64,000 nt of DNA from Laetmonice hystrix (taxonomy: Eukaryota): NCBI GenBank assembly GCA_965235115.1, contig OZ249451.1:9982001-10046000 (forward strand), read 5' to 3'. The notes below the pieces were generated by a model. It ran no database searches. It worked only from the letters and a program-made list of their open reading frames with translations, and had not been told where the DNA came from. Shown piece by piece: positions 63,932-64,000 of this stretch. Position 1 is the stretch's first letter; each line of letters starts with the position of its first letter. Both the position numbers and the translations under genes were made by a program.

Positions 63932-64000
63932 TCCCTCGACAGACCCTCACAATTCGCCCCAGGACTCGGTCCCTCCTGTCCTCCCCGAATTCTACATTAT

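Noticed and set aside
1-64000. rRNA, tRNA, tRNA-derived SINE, CRISPR or operon
   Set aside because: No rRNA-like sequence, cloverleaf or paired A/B boxes seen. Arrays lack unique constant-length spacers, there are no cas-like ORFs, and the context is eukaryotic.

Overview
Repeat-rich eukaryotic DNA. The TE types, poly-G tracts and CpGs that are not strongly depleted by eye suggest an invertebrate metazoan; the taxon cannot be fixed from sequence alone. I found no intact multi-exon gene, intact autonomous transposon, rRNA, tRNA or CRISPR array. The ORF track is mostly short chance ORFs, ORFs created by tandem repeats, and ORFs inside repeated MITEs. Well supported: (i) about 12 non-autonomous DNA transposon copies with visible inverted ends, most also with target-site duplications (three TTAA/AGG..CCT Kolobok-like families with 6 copies, a TA-flanked family with 2 copies, a CTG-flanked Harbinger-like MITE, a 5-bp-TSD CAGGGCCG MITE, and two foldback families built around a degenerate telomere-like core); (ii) a 127-bp hairpin with a GCGAAGC apex; (iii) minisatellites of 36, 28, 31, 17, 27, 38, 78, 84 and 58 bp plus microsatellites; (iv) heavily decayed LINE-like and DIRS-like reverse-transcriptase relics, recognised only from short motif resemblances (low confidence). 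A few candidate exons and promoter-like motif clusters are flagged as hypotheses. No new biological system is demonstrated; the best leads are the hairpin, the telomere-core foldbacks, the 36-bp CCAAT array and a TGA-containing spliced hydrophobic frame at about 12.2 kb.
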